Shown piece by piece: positions 61,849 through 64,000 of a DNA stretch of 64,000 bases. Below the pieces are notes generated by a model that worked only from the letters and a program-made list of their open reading frames with translations, made no database searches and had not been told where the DNA came from. The first letter of the stretch is position 1. Every line of letters starts with the position of its first letter. The translations under genes and the position numbers were made by a program. This DNA is from Psammoneis japonica. Its lineage: Eukaryota. The DNA lies in the NCBI GenBank assembly GCA_008632985.1, contig QPGO01000183.1:62001-126000 (forward strand), given 5' to 3'.

Positions 61849-63959
61849 TTACAAGGAAATGTGACAATGGTTGAAATGATACTCCGGTTCTGAATCGTCA
61901 TCAAGCTTCATCCATCCTTCGTCTTCCTTTTCCTTGGTGGAGCTGCTGCTGTTGCTGAGCCCTTGAAAGGTGAATTCGGACGAGCACGAGGCAAAGAGAG
62001 GCGGAAGAGGCGACATGTCACTGCTGCTACGACGGGCCTGCAAAAGAGGAGGTGCCACTGGTGTTTTTTTCGTAGTGCTGCTGTCCGTGGAGCCTGTCTG
62101 AGATGCTGGTGATAGTGCCTTTGACCAAACACTTGGTTTCTTGGGGGTCGTCCCATCCGACGAGAAGCTTGACTGTGAAAAGAAGGAGGGCGGAGGAGGA
62201 GACTTCTTAGAAAAAGCTGGGCTACTCGACGAAACCTTCTTGGACCATTCTGAAGAACTTGTGTAGGAAAGAAAGGGTGGGGAGCAGGACCTGCAGGAAG
62301 CTTGGCATGAGCTTGCCCAAGGCCCGACGACGCCTTGTTTTTGTTCCAATCCGTAGAGCTCGCTTTCTCCAGAAGCGGTGGTAGTGGGCAATTCGATGCA
62401 TTCGTAACCCAATCAGAAGAGCTATTCTGTTGAGCAAGGGTGGGGGACAACTGCTGTACTTGGAAGGGCTGGTACTGGGCACCTTTTTTGACCAATCGGA
62501 TGAACTCGTTTGAGCAAGAAACGCCGGAGGCGGGGGACACGACGAATTCTTGGCAAAAGTGGGACTCGTCGTCAACTCCTTGGCCTTCTTCCAATCCATG
62601 GAGCTTGATTGGATAAGCAGAGGAGGAGGAGGAGCTGCGGTACTCTTTGTGACTGGACTGGACACCTTCTTGGCCCATTCGGACGAACTGGACTTCGCCA
62701 ATAGAGGAGGAGGAGGAGGAGGACAGTCGACACGCTCTTGTTCCACTCAGAAGAGGTAGAATGTGCTAGAAGTGGTGGAGGCAATGGACAATCCGGATCC
62801 TTTGACGGACTCGACACCGTCTTGGCCCATTCCATAGAGCTCGACTGCGCTAGGCTGGGTGGACTCGCCGCTACAGTGGCCCAATCTGAAGAACTTGCCT
62901 GTTTTAGCAACGGTGGTGGAGGAGGAGGACCATGATTGGGCGTAATGGACGCCGCCTTGACCCAATCAATGTCGGACATGCCGCGACCTGTTGGCTGATG
63001 AGGCGAAGGATGCACTCCCGAAACGACCGCGGCACAGCTTGCTGGCGGACGTGGCGGAGGAGGAACGCCATTCTCACAGCCGGACTCACAGCGTGCTTCT
63101 GAACTCGTCCATGAGTATGAAACTTGACGAAACGGAGATAATTCCTGTTGCTGTTCACGGGCGCCATGAGGTTGGTCTTTAGCCGCAGGATCTTTAGACT
63201 CCTCCTCGTTCCGTGTCGTACTGTCAAAGTATGATACTTGTCGGTGGCCGCGGGGTGGTAGTGCCGCAATATCAGGATCATACAGGTTGACAGGAGGCGT
63301 AGCATCGGACTTGGTACGTAGCTTGTGAGAATCGGGTGTCAAATTCTGCCCCTGCATTGGAACTTGCCGCGGAAGTGATGGCGAACTACTGCTAAGTGGA
63401 AGAGTTCGAGACTTGAATTCTTCTTGCTCTCCCCACAAGTAGGTTTCCAAAGTATGCCCAGTAGAGCCGTTCTTTTCTGGAAGACGCATTGTGAAGGTGT
63501 TTCCACGTTTGTTCTTGTTGGGAATATCCAATATTGATCCTGGAGGGGCACAATCGGCGAGAGAGGTGCGGTCCCACGCACAGACGGCTTGGTGCAAGAC
63601 GGTCGATGGCAGCGACGAGTTCTTCTCCGCTAGAGATTTCGATTGTTGCTCCTTGAGGAGAGCAATCCACCTGTCTAGATTCTGTATATGCTCACGATGT
63701 TGCTCCTCTTTCTGTTGAACACTTGTTTGAGCCTCGCCGTGTATGCGGAGTTGCATATCTTGACCTTGTTTTTGCCGTCTCGTGTCAACATACCGAGTGC
63801 CTCCAACACTACAATCGTGTCATAGAGCCGACGATTGGCGACACCCAGCTCGTTCGCCACGTCTGTAAGGTGCAAGCTCTCATCAAGCGACCTCTTCGCG
63901 ATTATAGTGTTGAATGAGTATGATTGAGGGGAACGGTTGTGTGAGATATCCATAAGCAA
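61849..63959 (-). pseudogene. E2F-family transcription factor gene, multiply frameshifted (pseudogene or assembly errors)
   Basis: Winged-helix motif LHLTDVANELGVANRRLYDTIVVLEALGML.R.GKN, then EEQ...LDRWI and a C-terminal PPPPLL..SSS.[DE]W repeat array split over several frames. Confidence 0.7.
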
Positions 63960-64000
63960 GCGTACACTCCCGTAAGAAATCTAAGATACGCATCTTGAGA

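Overview
Eukaryotic nuclear DNA, most likely a pennate diatom. The evidence is bipartite plastid-targeting leaders, short GT-AG introns, diatom-type Copia remnants and diatom-style LRR/PDZ genes. Host genes include a Deg protease, a DENN protein, a lipase-like hydrolase, an actinobacterial-like YbhB, two oxidoreductases, a glycosyltransferase-like gene, an LRR receptor-like protein, PIG-L, a P-type ATPase, a fasciclin and an E2F-like gene. These alternate with large transposon blocks (about 5.5-6.8, 26.0-42.9, 47.0-55.9 and 59.2-59.7 kb). The main signal is that these blocks have lost almost every TpA dinucleotide. Two copies of one Ty3/Gypsy element (35369-40468 and 50060-55326, four 432-bp LTRs, distinct 4-bp TSDs) show directly that TpA was converted to TpG or CpA, an A:T->G:C change on both strands. 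This turns Tyr into Cys or His (RT YxDD -> HLDD) and erases TAA/TAG stops, while neighbouring genes are spared. It looks like a repeat-targeted hypermutation (genome-defence) process running opposite to fungal RIP. All counts are manual, and a sequencing or assembly artefact must be excluded with raw reads.
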